Shown piece after piece: positions 23,816 to 37,937 of a DNA stretch of 64,000 bases. This DNA is from Eledone cirrhosa (lineage: Eukaryota), in the NCBI GenBank assembly GCA_964016885.1, contig OZ024740.1:89652001-89716000 (forward strand), given 5' to 3'. The notes under the pieces were generated by a model. That model made no database searches and was not told the origin of the DNA. It was given only the letters and a program-made list of their open reading frames with translations. Numbering within the stretch: the first letter of the stretch is position 1; every line of letters begins with the position of its first letter. The translations under genes were made by a program, and so were the position numbers.

Positions 23816-26800
23816 TTTTCTTTTGCAGGTGTCGCCCGAAATATCGAGACAGTATTAGTCACAGAGGAGGAGATGGCAGTCGCTTGGGCCACGGTGACAA
23901 GAAGCGCAAATACAGTGTCCCTGAAACCTCCACCCGAATTTTTCAAGGACCAGCAGCTACGGACGGTGACTTACCGCACCGTAAGCAAAATCTCACATCG
24001 AGTGGAGAGAGGCACGGAGGCTCAAATCCAAAAGGCTTTGGGGTGCGTCTGGGCACGCAAACCCTACTCACCCGAGGCAGAAAGTACGCCACAGTAGACG
24101 TACTTTTCGCACACACCCCAGGAAGCAAAGTCTCACTCTTTGGAAACCCTAAAGTGTGAGGAGATAGTCTTGGTACCCTCTTACTGCGGGCAGCAAATTT
24201 TGTGAGGTTCAAAATGACCCAGGTCCCACCCGAAGTGCCCATACCTTGGCTGGCCGCGTCTGTCCTTACTGGAATTGAGAACAGGACGACCATGCTGCAA
24301 GCAGAACAAATAGGGAGAGAGAACTGCTCAGGTATAGGCATGTAAATGCTTATACAAACTGACCAGGAATGTATCGACGCTATCCCCGATATCATCGACA
24401 TCGAGAAAGCGCTCCAACTCCCTATAAGTGTAGAAGGAAGAAGGCCAAAATGTTATCTCTGTGGGTCGAAGGGTCACCTCAGGGACTTCTGCCCGCAGAA
24501 GACATCGAAGAAGGCCCCTCTCCTTCCAATACCTGGTCCGCTGCTACCAAGAGCAGGGCAGGCAACACACGAAGAAGCCCCTTCCATGGTGATTAGGAGG
24601 GCAACGTCCGTAGCACCCGTACCAATGTCACGGACAACTAAAGCAGCATCATCAATGGCGACAACACAAATAGCTACATTTGAAGTAGCTACACCAGCAA
24701 CAAAATTGCTGAAGAGGGCTCCACTACCATCACCAGCACCCGTGGCGCACATACCCCTCCCAGACGCCACAGAATCCGACATGGAGTTTGAGGTGGGAGT
24801 GAAGTTGCAAACGGTCTGCCACAAAAAAACAATAAAGAACAAAAACCCTTAGATTCACCCTCCAAAAGCGAAGGCATACACAGAGGGGTAAAGGAAGCAA
24901 GGAAACTTGCAGCAACACCGCCACCATCACCACCACAACCACCGATGACATCAACAACCACCCCATCACCAACATCACAAACAACACCAACAACACAAAC
25001 ACAACAAGACTCACACACCAAACAGCAACAAGAAGAAAACAGCAACAAAATCACCCCACCCAAAAAAATTACACAGCCATAAACATGGCAAGAAAAGAAC
25101 TCGTACAATGTATAAAGTAACACATAGACATCACAGAAAACAAACTACTACACACCACCAACACCAAGAACTCTCCCGACAAATATAAGCATCATCGAAA
25201 TCACAGAACGATACAAACCTTTAAAACAAAAATTCCTCAATGCAGTTGGGGACTTCAGAGGGTCGGTTACCAAGAGGATATACACTGACATCCTCTTGGA
25301 AACACTCATGACCAGCGAAAGGGACGGTTCTACTGTCCCTTCACAACACGATCAAGCTAAGTGACCGTTTCTCAATTGCCCCGTTTCTCATCCAACATGG
25401 CCGTACTCAGAACAGGCAGTATAAATGCACGTATCCTGGGCTCATCTTGGAAGCAGGGTCACCTGCTCAACGACCTCAGGTCACTAAATATAGATGTGAC
25501 CGGCAGCGAAAGCAATGCTTTCAGGCTAGTAGCCGTCTACGCCCCAACAGGGGCATGACGGCCAGATTTCTTCAGACGTCTACAGACCTTTCTTGGAACG
25601 TCCCGCTCTTTAGTGTTAGTGGGCGACTGGTACAGTATCTTGGATGCACGCTGGGATCGTGTGGGGCTAGTGGATAGGGGAGGAGGGTGCAAGAGCCTCA
25701 CCAACCTGCTCAGACGTTTTGAACTGTCTGGCAGGTATCTACTAGATCACCCGATTGTGCCAATGTTGACATGGACAAACCGCATCGGCTCATCCAGATC
25801 GTATCTCAATAGGGTATTCTGCAGAGAACTAGATAAGGCTAGTATAAGTTGTCCACAATTTAAAATAGTCGACTACACAGCCCACAAATTTGTGATCTGT
25901 GAGATCGACATAGACAGACTTCAAAGACAAGGGCCTGGTTACTGGAAGCTGAACTCTCTTTTCCGGCGGGCAAAGCCTACAGAGCCCGGATTAGCGTATT
26001 AGTTAAGCGTGCGTTGACGGGAGCGGTCGTCAACAACAGGTGGTGGTTCGCCCTGAAAAGGGCAATTAAAGTAGAGTCGATTAGGTTTACCAAAGGAGTA
26101 GTAATAGAGGAAAATAGAGTAGAGGGAGAGCTAGTCAGAAAGCTAGAAGACGCGTTTAGGACAAGCATCGCAACCGACGTGCTTGCGGCGAGATTGGCAC
26201 TCGACAAATTCTTCAACGCAAAACACGAAGGCTGTGTTGTAGAGCTAGAGCGCGTGCTCGGAAACACGAGGGGACAAAAGCTGTCCAATGGGCTCGGGTG
26301 GCAGAGATGCGACGTGGCAACAAAGCCACAATCCGGTCTTTGTCTGACCAAAACGGGTGTGTGATGCTTGAACCCGAGCGTATGTGAAGATTTTCAGCAG
26401 CACTTTGCTGAACTGTACGGGAGCGGCGGCGGCCCGGATCGGAGCATGGACTTCAGTGTATACCTCGACGGACTGCCTCGGCTCTTGACGACCACAGCAC
26501 AAGTTGCGAAAAGCCAATAACAGCCGGTGAACAACGGGAAGCGATGGCTAACTGCACAGTGGGTAAATCGAAAGGTTTGGATGGTCTGCCCTACGAGCTT
26601 TATGCATTTATGCCAGACTTTTTAGGTGACTTCTTGGCAGACGTCTACTGCAACAGGCAGCAGAACGGGAGCATTCCCAGTTTTGTAAGCCGGGGAGTGG
26701 TGGCGCTGCTGAGAAAAGACCCGAAAAAGGGGGATGTTATCGATACTTTCAGGCCCATAACTCTGCTAAACGCAGAGTTCAAGATTTTGGCCAAGGTGTT

Positions 26801-28922
26801 AGCTACGAGGTTGGCGCTTGTCGTCAAGGGTCTGGTGGGAGCGGCGCAGATATGCGCATTTCCGGACAGATCCATACACGACAATCTCCACCTCATGCGA
26901 TACATCATAGAGAGGGTTGTTAAGGAACCTGGCACGGGTGGGACCCTGATCAACTTGGATCAATCCAAAGCATTCGATAGGGTCGACCATCGGTACCTGA
27001 CGGCGGTCCTTGAGCAAGCCGGTTTTGGGCCCGTTTTCAGAGGTTGGATCATAGCAATGTACAGCGAAATCTGCTCAATTGTGAATGTCAACGTTCACAT
27101 GTCGCAGCCGTTCAGCATCATGCGCTCTGACCGCCAGGGTTGTCCCCTCTCGTCCCTCTTGTACGTATTGCCTCTCGAGCCGTAACTGCACAAACTGGGG
27201 GCGATGAGGGGCGTCCCACGCGACCTAGGATGCGGGAAATCCGAGTCGGCTTACGCTGACGACGTCACCGTGGTGGTGTCGAGCACCAGACACGTCCAGA
27301 TGCACGGCACCGCTCTCAAGGAATACGAAGCGGTGACAGGAGCAAAGATAAACCAGGAAAGTTGGCGGGCTTGCAGTTCGGCACCTGGAGAGGCAAGTCA
27401 ATGCCGTCCGACAGCGTCGTGGGGCGTTGGACGGACGGACCGGTTAAATTGCTCGGGGTTTGGTTCGAACCGGACCTCCAGATGGAGACAAACTGGAACT
27501 AGGTGACGAGCAGGGTGGCCTCCCTCACCCAGGAATGGGCCAAGAGGAAGCTGTCCCTGAAAGGCCGGGCGGAGGTGGCGAATGCGTACATCGCATCCGT
27601 CATGTGCTACCGCCTCACCGTCGTCCCTTGCTCCAGCCCAACTCTCACCAAAATGGAGCGCCTCCTCTTCCGCTTTTTGTGGAAGAGACGCGCTCCCATG
27701 GTCAGACGATCCATCTGCTGTCAACACACGTTGCGTGGAGGACTGGGCATGCCATGGCTGATGAGGCGCAAACATGAGCTGAGGCTGCGACATCTGTGGT
27801 GCTTCCTTGATGGTGAACAGGTGTGGTCACCATTCGCCAGGCACGTTTTCCCACAGCTCATCTCCTTGACGGAGCTGCAGTCCTGGGTCAGAAAAAGACC
27901 GAGGGATAGCGCTTGGAAACTGGAATGTCTCCAGGTGCTCACTGCCCTCAGCCAGTCGGGCACCAGTATCGGTGGAACATGCAGCTCGGCGTTCTATATA
28001 GGACTAGTGGAGGGGAGGAGCGCGACCTTCTCGGAGAGATCCTGGGCGTCGAAGAAGAGCAGCTGTTTGTTCTCTTCCGGAGAATTTTCAGCCCGGGGCC
28101 TATGGATAACTTCCAAAAATCCCTGGCCTGGCAGTGCTACCGGGGAGTGCTGCCGGTTCGAGATAAGCTCTACAGGCGCGGAAGTGCCGTCACCCGAGCC
28201 TGTCCGAGATGGCGCAGAGCGACTAAACCGTCGTGCACGCACTCGTTCAGTGTCTGAGCATTGCTGACTTGTGTAGCTATGTCGAACAGTTGCTGTCGCG
28301 TGTAGGACTGATCCGGTTGTCGACTGAGTCCATTGTGCAGATGGTCTCGCCGTCTTCTTTCGAGGAGGAAGGCCAGGCGGTTTTCATCTTCCTGGTGGCC
28401 ATGGCGAAAGAGATTGTGTGGTGGACAATGTTAAAAGGGTTAAAGACAGACACTTTTCTCTTCGGCAAATCCCCAATTAACTTTTTCAAGTTTCACTTGA
28501 AGAGGAACATCAGGGTGGAGAGGCAAGTGCTGCTTTCTAGCAAGTTTGTGGAAAGGTGGGTGAATGTAGCGAGAATGGTCCGAGTGAACGGGACCACTCT
28601 GAATATACGTCTGTAGTTTGAGAGATGGAAAAATTGAGAGAGGGCGCTTGCCCTGGTGGTCAGAGTGGCCGTGGTCTTTTGTGTGGTTTTCACCACGAGT
28701 AACCCTCGGAGGTTTCCCCCTATTGGAGAATTTTTCATTGTTTCAATTTTCATTTTTATTGTTTTTATATATATATGTTTTTATGTCCTTTTTCTTTCTT
28801 TTCTTATATAAATAATAAAAATATTTACACGCACAAAAACCCACATCGTACCGTCCTGCACCGTCCTGTGCCTGCTGTAATATTTTTTCTTGATGTCAGC
28901 CCTTGTGGCCAATAAAGAAATC
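23816..28922 (+). mobile_element. Tx1-clade LINE copy 3 (second subfamily), 5'-truncated
   Basis: ORF1 knuckle CYLCGSKGHLRDFC; ORF2 starting MAVLRTGSINAR, FRPITLLN, DQSKAFD, YADD and CPR..HALVQC; ends ccttgtggccaataaagaaatc(att)n. Confidence 0.92.
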
Positions 28923-28935
28923 ATTATTATTATTA

Positions 28936-29112
28936 TTGGCAGTATCGGTAGAGGGTCGGACGCCATGCTTTCCAGCATAGTTACATCTCTTTACGATCTG
29001 AGTTCAAATCCCGCCGAGGTTGACTTTGCCTTTCATCCTTACGGGGTCGATAAAATAAAGTACCAGTAATGCACTGGGTAATTGCTGGCCTTGTGCCTAA
29101 AGTAGAAACAAT
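28936..29112 (+). mobile_element. tRNA-derived SINE
   Basis: A-box-like TGGCAGTATCGG, B-box GTTCAAATCC, body gactttgcctttcatcc...aagtaccagt and tail ccttgtgcctaaagtagaaaca(att)n; multiple copies in the window. Confidence 0.88.
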
Positions 29113-29134
29113 TATTATTATTATTATTATTATT

Positions 29135-32100
29135 GGTCTAAGCGGACGTATTTTGCTCGCGCCCACTAAGTCGCTTTATTTGCCTGCTAAAATTATTTGT
29201 TATTAAATATGTCTTGTTGTGTAAGGGATATAAGCCCTTAGACTTTGCCCCGTGAAGGGGAAAGTGTAATATTTGGGCCTTTTGGCCCAAATATTTGAAC
29301 TTTTTTTTACATGTTAAAAAATTTACGAAGAAAAAATAACATGGTTGAGCCACGCCCCCCAGCGATATGTCGGCTGTCGTTTGACAACGACGTAGAACTT
29401 GAGAGGAGCGCTACAGCGAAATTAACACACATTGATAACACAAACACCACCACAAACAAGGTAAACAAAGACACCAATGATACCAATAAGGACACTAATT
29501 TTGAAAAGAATGACAGTAACAGCGACAATGAACATACAGATAACAAAAAAAAATTAACAAATACAAAACAATATCAACCCACTCACATGAAAACAAATAG
29601 CGACAACACCAACAGCAACAATACCAACTGCACGGAGAACAACGGTGGCAACAAAGATAACAATGATAACAGCGACAGTGCTAACAACACCAACAAGAAC
29701 AACGACAACAAGACCCCCAAAGAAAACAAGAACACTTTCGCTGCGGCAGCAGCAAAAAAGAGGCCATGCTTCAACAAGGACCTCTCAAACAAAGATGAAA
29801 AGTTGGCCCAGGCATGGAAGCTTATCAAGCAAGAGGAAACTTGGGCCAACTTAACTGTCCCGGTAGAAGCTATTGAGGCAGTGCAGCGCAAAACGGTGCA
29901 TTATAGATGCATCTCAGCACAAACCAAAAGGACAGATTTAATCCCACAAGAAGATGTCGAAGTCACGCTGAGGTGCATCAGAAGCCACCCAGTACATAGA
30001 GAGGGGCAGACAGTACGGCACCATTTATGTGTTGTTCAAGTCAGGAGCCCTCGCTATGAAACACACTATGAAACACGCTATGACTCCTTGCAAAACCAGC
30101 AAGGTCATAATGTACCCCTCCCACATGGGAAAAAGAACGGCCCATCTCCGCATTCCCAGAATCCCACCAGGACTTGACATGTGGTGGCTTCTGGGAAGTT
30201 TGATTGTGGAGGGGACGGATACAGTCCCTATAGAAGTGACCAGAACGGCCAGAGAGGACTGGTCCGGGATTGATATGGAGATCCTTTCTAGATCAGGCCC
30301 GAGAATGTGAAGACAATCCCGGACCACATTCGCCTTCAGAATGGGACGCTCATTCACATTATGACCGAAGGCAAAAGGCCGCAGTATTTTGTTTGAGGTG
30401 AAAAAACCCATTTGCGAGCCTTCTGCCCTCAACTGCTGAAAGAGGCAAGAGGTCAAAAGGCTCCACTGCCGCCGACGCCTTGGCGAGGACCAGAACCAAC
30501 ACCAGCCCCGGCAAAACCACCAACAACAACACCAATAGAAAGACCACCACCAACATTGACCACCCAGGGGGGAAACGAGGAAAACTGTCAAATTCCCCCT
30601 CCCCCCAAAATTCACACACCAATAAAACCATAAACATACATACAGACACACTTACAGACACAGACCCCTCATCTACCAGTAGTGAAAATGGGGAAATCCA
30701 AAATCCCCCAAAATACAAAAAAGGAAACACAAAAAGAAAAAAAAAACTCAACAAAGCACAAAAGAAACTCCATAAAAAACGCAGACACCATCCACGCAAA
30801 CATCTCTCCAATAACAACAACATCAACACCACCATCACCAGAATCCCCCAAACGCAAACACCGAAACAGACGCAAGAACAAATATACACACAAACATCTG
30901 AAACCACAGACACCGCACTCACAACAAACAGAGATACAACCGAAACAACACCACCAAAACCATCATCACCACAACCACGCAAACAAATAAAATCCCACCA
31001 ACAAAACATAAAAAACTTCGTGCTCGTCAGGAGGGCCAACAAGGAACTAATGGCCTTCGTAGCACGAAGTGAAAATATACAAAAAGAGGGGGGAATTTTT
31101 AAATCGAGCACTTTTCGCGTGCCGGAAGATTTGGTTCTGGTGCGAATGTCGTTCGACATATTCAAAGAAATACGAGACAGCTCTCCTCGGGACGTTCGAA
31201 CCCCGAACGTAAAACCCACTTCAAGACTTTTAAAGGGGTTCCCAAAAGAAACCCCACTAACTATGGAGGTCGGGACAACCCGACCTTCACAAGAGCCCGG
31301 AAGGTAAGTAAACCTTCCTCTCTCTCTGTTTAACCTGCCAATATGGCCGTATTAAGAGTATGATGTTTAAATGTTCGAGGCCTGGGATCGTCCTGGAAGC
31401 AGGGTCACCTGCTCAACGACCTCAGGTATCTAGAAATGGATGTAATTGCAGTGAGCGAGACCAGGATTTCCGACACGCGCGCACTAGCCCCCATTTCGAC
31501 GACTATCAGAACTTTGCATCTGTTAGCGGCCCGGGAATGGGAGGTGGGGTGGCAGTACTGTTTAGGAAAGGCCTGGATCACGAAGTAAGTTCGATCTTCC
31601 GGGACCTGGACGGGAAGTTGGTGGTCCTGGACGTGAACAATAATGAAGGTGGTGCCTTAAGACTGGTGGCCGTCTATGCTCCTACTAGGGCATGACGGCC
31701 AGCTTCTTTAGACGCCTGGAAGCCTTTCTGTGTACGTCTAGCCCTTTACTGTTAGCCAGTTCCAACTGTCTGACAGATACCGACTAGATTTCCCTAATGA
31801 GCCAGTGTGGACCTGGGATAACCGCATAGGGTCATCTAGATCGTATATATACAGGATATTCATTAGGAAAATAGACAGAAATAGTATAAGCTGTCCACGT
31901 TTTGAAACGGTCGCCTATTCAGATCACAAGTTTGTAATCTGTATGGTCGACCTAGATATGACGCGTAGGTTAGGATCTGGTTACTGGAAGCTAAACATGT
32001 TATTTACGGCACGTAAGGCTTACAGGGACCAGGTCAACAATTTAGTTAAGAAAAAGTTGACAGGGGTGGGCGGCTCTCAAAAGAGAGATTAGAGTAATGT

Positions 32101-34890
32101 CGATAGAGATTAGCAAAGAAGTAGCATTAGAGAAAAATAGAAAGAAGGGGGAGTCGGTAGATAAGTTAGACGAAGCTATTGGTAGTGTAATTGCAACTGA
32201 TGTGCTAGCGGCGAAAATGGCATTAGACCATTTCTTCAATGCGAAACACGAAGATTGCATTGTCAGAGCTAAGGCGCGTGCTCTGAGAAACGAGGGAACC
32301 AAAGCTGTTCGATGGGCCCGCGTGGCAGTGGCGCAGCGTGGTAATAAAACCAGGATTCGGTCTTTGACAGACCGAGAGGGGTACGAGCTGAGCGATTCCA
32401 AGAGGATGTGTGAGGCCTTTCGCCAACATTTTGCTCGGTTGTTCGGGGGAAGTAGCGGGTCAGAGATGGTGGCGGACTTCAGTCCCTACCTCGATGGCTT
32501 GCCACAACTCTCGACGCCTGACGCTGGGCGCTGCTAAAGGCCAATTACTTCAGCCCACATTCAGGATGCCCTTGTCGGCTGCATGAGGCGCAAGTCACCC
32601 GGTTTGGATGGTCTGCCCTACGAGCTTTACGTGTGCTAGACTTGTTCTCCAATCTCCTCGAAGCCCTCTACTGCAACTGGCAGCAAAACGGGAGTATTCC
32701 CAGTTCTGTGAGCCGGGGCGTAGTGACGCTGATCAGGAAAGATGAGAACAAGAGGGACACATTAGACAATTTCAGGCCCATAACTCTGCTCAACAGAGAG
32801 TTTAAGATTTTGGCCAGAGTGTTAGCGAAGAGGTTGGTGCTTGTCGTCGGGGATTTGGTTGGGGAGGCGTAAACTTACGCAATCCCAACCAGGTCCATAC
32901 ACGACAACCTTCACCTAATGCGATACATCATAGCGAGGGTAGGGTATAAACCTGGCTTAGGTGGGACACTAATCAATTTAGATAAATCGAAAGCATTCGA
33001 TAGGGTCGACCATCGTTACCTGGAGGCTGTCCTCAAGGCGGCTGGCTTCGGCCACGTCTTCAGAAGCTGGATCGTGCAATGCACAGCGGCACCTGCTCGA
33101 TGGTCAAAATTAATGGCCACCTCTCGGAACCGTTTCAGGTCTCCCGATCGGTCCGTCAAGGGTGCCCTCTCTCCTCCCTTCTGTACGTATTGACTCTCGA
33201 GCCTTTTCTGTGGAAGCTGGACCTGTTGCAGGGCATGCCGCTCGAACCGGGACGCGGAAACGCTGTGTCGGCTTATGCGGACGACATCACCGTGATGTTG
33301 TCGGATACCTCAGAAATCGATGTGGTCGACAACTTATTGGAGGAATATGAAAGGTTGACGGGAGCAAAACTTAACCCGGAAAAGTCAGTGGGCTCACACC
33401 TCGGCACATGGAGAGGCAAGTCCATGCCGTCCAACAGCGTCGTCAGGCGCTGGACGTACAGACCGATAAAGTTTCTAGGGGTTTGGTTCGGGCTAGACCT
33501 CCAGGTGGATAAGAATTGGGACGAGGTGACGAGCAGGGTGCTCAGTCTCACCCAGAAATGGGCTGGGATAAAGCTATCACTGAAAGGTCGGGCGCAGGTG
33601 GCGAACGCTTACATCGCGTCCGTCATCTACTACCGTCTGACTGTTGTCCCTTGTCCCCGTTCGCGCCTCGCCATCTTGGAGCGGCTCCTCTTGAAATTAT
33701 TGTGGAGGGGTCAGGTTCCGCTGGTGAGGCGGTCCATCTGCTGCCAGCACCCTCTACGTGGAGGTCTGGGCATGCCATGGCTAATGATGCGCAATCACGC
33801 GCTGAGGCTGCGGCATCTCCAGATATTCTGCCTAAACGGTGAACAGGTGTGGTCGCCGTTTGTCAGACGGGCCTTTCCGCAGCTCATTTCTTTGACTGAG
33901 TTGCAGTCCTGGGTCAAGAAGAGATCGAGAGTGGGTGACTAGCATCTGGAATGTTGCCAGGCACTCATTGCCCTCTACCAGGCGGTCAATGCGGTCAGTG
34001 GAACTTCCATTCTCGAGTTCTATAGAGGATTAGTGGCGGGCAAGTGCGACGACGCACTCGGTGAGGGTCTGGGAATCAACGAAGTCGAACTAACTAGTCT
34101 GTACCGGAGGAATTTCGAGCCGGGGACAATGGATAATTTCCAAAAATCCCGCGCTTGACAGTGCTACCGGGGGGCACTGCTGGTTCGAGATAAACTCTAC
34201 AGGCACGGAAGTGCTGTCAGACGGACATGCCCGACGAAACCGTTCTGAACGCACTCGTGCAGTATCCGTGCATTACTGACTGGAGGAGTTTTGTTGAACA
34301 GCTGTTGTCGCGTGTAGAACGGATCCGGCTATCGGCCGTGTCCATAGTGAAGATCGACCCGCCGCCTTCTTTTGGCCAGGAAGGGCAGGCAATTTTCCTC
34401 TGTCTGGTGGCAGTAGCGAAAGAGGTTGTTTGGTGGACGATGTGAAAGGACTGAAGACAGACACTTTTCTCTTCGGCCAATCCCTCATCAACTTATTCAA
34501 GTTTCACTTGGAAAGGAATGTGAGGGTGGAGACAGATGTGCTTCCCCCAGTATATTTGCTGATAGGTGGGTGAATGTGGCGAGAATGGCCCGTGTGATTG
34601 GGCCTACTCTGGTCATGCGGCTGTACGTAGGTCAATTTGAAGAAGAGAGGGGGTGCCCTTCCAGGGTGCTCTCGAAGCGTCGGGTCGTTCAGGTCTGCTG
34701 GTGTACCTGAGCGAACCCTAGGTGGTCAAACCCCTATTGGGGAACTTTTTCTTGTAATTGTATTGTTACTTTGTTGTTACTTTGTTATTGTTATTCATAT
34801 TGTTTACTCGATTTTTCTGTAAAACCCCACAGTCCCCAGTCTTTTGTATTGTCCCCTATATGTCGGCCCTTGTGGCCAATAAATTAATTC
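29135..34890 (+). mobile_element. Tx1-clade LINE copy 4 (third, more divergent subfamily), full length but decayed
   Basis: Asn/Thr-rich ORF1 (~29331-31307, frameshifted; THLRAFC knuckle remnant) and ORF2 APE-RT (SDHKFV, RQGCPLS, YADD); (TTA)n on both sides. Confidence 0.92.
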
Positions 34891-34916
34891 ATTATTATTA
34901 TTATTATTATTATTAG

Positions 34917-34948
<32 letters not shown>

Positions 34949-34988
34949 ATGCATATGTATATATAATATATATATATATATATCATAT

Positions 34989-35176
34989 AATTGTTTCTAC
35001 TTTTGGCACAAGGACAGCAATTACCCAGTACATTACTGGTACTTTATTTTATCGACCCCGTAAGGATGAAAGGCAAAGTTAACCTCGGCGGGATTTGAAC
35101 TCAGACCGTAAAGGGACGTAACTATGCTGGAAAGCATGTCGTCCGACTCACTACTGACACTGCCAATCCACCGCCC
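34989..35176 (-). mobile_element. tRNA-derived SINE (same family)
   Basis: Reverse complement of the 28936-29112 SINE including its 5' head. Confidence 0.88.
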
Positions 35177-37889
35177 TTTCTATATATAATATAATACAAT
35201 ACATACCTGTATATATATATATATATATATATGAAATATGATTGATATAGTCTGTGTGTGGAGAAATATTATAAGCATTAAAGATAGTGCAAGCATTAAA
35301 AGTGTTATAAGTATTGGAGATGCACAGCGCAGGGATGTCAAGTAATTCATGTACTTCGGCATTTTCATGGTCAAGGGAGTGTATATTTCGATTATATGCC
35401 TTTCACATAATCCACGACAATCCAGTTAGAGATCGTAGTCTGGTGTTCTTTAGTTCGATACAGGAGGTTGTTACGTTTCGAGAAACGCCATTGAATACCG
35501 GAAGTGTGTGTGTGGCTAAGTGGAGTTAATGCATGCGGGGAGGTAACTCTGGGGTTTCTATATCTAGCCATTAAAATGTGTCCCAATATAGACCCTAAAT
35601 TCTATGGTGAAGTGCACCTTCCAAGAGAGACTTTTAAAGCATAAAGTGTACTAACTATAGAGTAGTTTAACTAAGTTATGCTGAAGGTGATCATATTATT
35701 ATTAAGGTGGATTAACCCATCTTAAGGTGCTACAAATGGAAATTATAGATGATGAGCGAGGATTCTAAATTAATGATCTCTGCGGTTGTAGTCTGCTCAT
35801 ATGACCAGGCGCGGTGATTGCAGGATTGCTTCAGGACCCAATGATCTCTGGTAAGATCTGGGTCATCGCTTGCTACATTGGATGTCGAAAGATAATCGTC
35901 CCCAGGCAGGCCAAAGGTCAATCCGCAGTCCTCGCGACCCCTCTCTGACCGTCAGATCATCCATATACGTACAACCCGCACGGCAGTTGCATTGCATTCA
36001 CTCACTGCGCTCAGCAGCCCGGTCCTACTGGTCAGCAGCGCTACTCGATTAAATCATTTTACATCTGTCTAAGGAAGGTGTTTCCTCTGCCCAACACCAT
36101 CCAGCCGATCAATTCATGCTCAAATTACCCTTAGAGCGGTGTAGTGCCGTCCAAGTGGGTGGATGTTGTCACACCTGCCGTAGAGGTATAAATGGGTATT
36201 TTCCCTGCGAAGGGTTCCAGAGGGATGTCGTTGTTTGTGTTATAATGGATCAGCTAGTGTTGGGTATGTAGTATAGGGTGTGTCTCTGGTGTTTGATGCT
36301 AGATGTGGTGTTAGGTTCCAGTCCGACATTGCTATATATAGGGCTTAAAGTTTTGGAAGGAATGTCTGAGGCGGTGCTGGCAAGTTGCAAACACCTCAGA
36401 TTTTTTGTTAAGTAGGTTACGGTTGGAGAAGATAATATTGTGTGTCTCTAGTATACAGAGGTTACAGAATTTATTAGGTGGTTTGTACGAGGTCGCGCTG
36501 CCTATCACTTCCCATTTGAGTGTGTATGGTTTATTTTTAGATTTTAGATAGTGTATGTAGCTAGAAAGTGAGGTGGAGTTGGCTAGGCTGTGCTTTTTGA
36601 ACGAGTGGATGTGCGAGTTATATCTGATTTTGAAGCAGTTAGAAGTGGAGCCTACATAGGTTTCTGAAGAGTTATTAGTCGTGACTGTGCATGAGTATAT
36701 GACATCCTTGGTTAGGCATTTTTTATCTAAAGGGCAGGTTCTATTAGCTCTACAGTTACAATTATTCTGTGCGTTAGTCCGCTGGTTATAATGCAATGCT
36801 GGTTATAATGCAATATGGATGATCTGACGGTCAGAGAGGGGTCGCGAGGACTGCGGATTGACCTTTGGCCTGCCTGGGGACGATTATCTTTCGACATCCA
36901 ATGTAGCAAGCGATGACCCAGATCTTACCAGAGATCATTGGGTCCTGAAGCAATCCTGCAATCACCGCGCCTGGTCATATGAGCAGACTACAACCGCAGA
37001 GATCATTAATTTAGAATCCTCGCTCATCATCTATAATTTCCATTTGTAGCACCTTAAGATGGGTTAATCCACCTTAATAATAATATGATCACCTTCAGCA
37101 TAACTTAGTTAAACTACTCTATAGTTAGTACACTTTATGCTTTAAAAGTCTCTCTTGGAAGGTGCACTTCACCATAGAATTTAGGGTCTATATTGGGACA
37201 CATTTTAATGGCTAGATATAGAAACCCCAGAGTTACCTCCCCGCATGCATTAACTCCCCTTAGCCACACACACACTTCCGGTATTCAATGGCGTTTCTCG
37301 AAACGTAACAACCTCCTGTATCGAACTAAAGAACACCAGACTACGATCTCTAACTGGATTGTCGTGGATTATGTGAAAGGCATATAATCGAAATATACAC
37401 TCCCTTGACCATGAAAATGCCGAAGTACATGAATTACTTGACATCCCTGCGCTGTGCATCTCCAATACTTATAACACTTTTAATGCTTGCACTATCTTTA
37501 ATGCTTATAATATTTCTCCACACACAGACTATATCAATCATATAAAGACTTTGCCACCAGATCTACCAACCTAACACTCTTATTTACCTACCTAAGTGCC
37601 TCTACCACACATATCTCTCTGCCACACTATATAAACAAGACGCACATGCGTGCCACACATATAACATTTACACTATATAACCACTTATCTTCATGTTGTA
37701 CTTTAACCTATATCTTTGATTTTTGATTGTACCTATTAATATAAATGTAATCTCGAAGTGTGTACTGCCACTCTAAATTCTGTAATGAATGTTGACCCAC
37801 AATGTTTGAATATGTATCAATGTTTGAATATGTATTGGTATGTCTCTCGGCTGAAAGGGAGGTCATATAACTGTCCATGCATTAATAAA

Positions 37890-37937
37890 TTGCTCCGAAG
37901 AATCCAAACCTCGGTTTGGAGGAAACAGCTGTAAGCA
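37890..37937 (+). ncRNA. Minimal type I hammerhead ribozyme in the 5' pLTR
   Basis: tgct-CCGAAGA-a-tccaaac(ctcg)gtttgga-g-GAAA-cagctg-TA-agca, with palindromic stem III acagctgt and a U4C core variant. Confidence 0.8.

Noticed and set aside
28936-29025. tRNA gene suggested by A/B boxes
   Set aside because: No convincing cloverleaf, and it continues into a conserved SINE body and tail in several copies.
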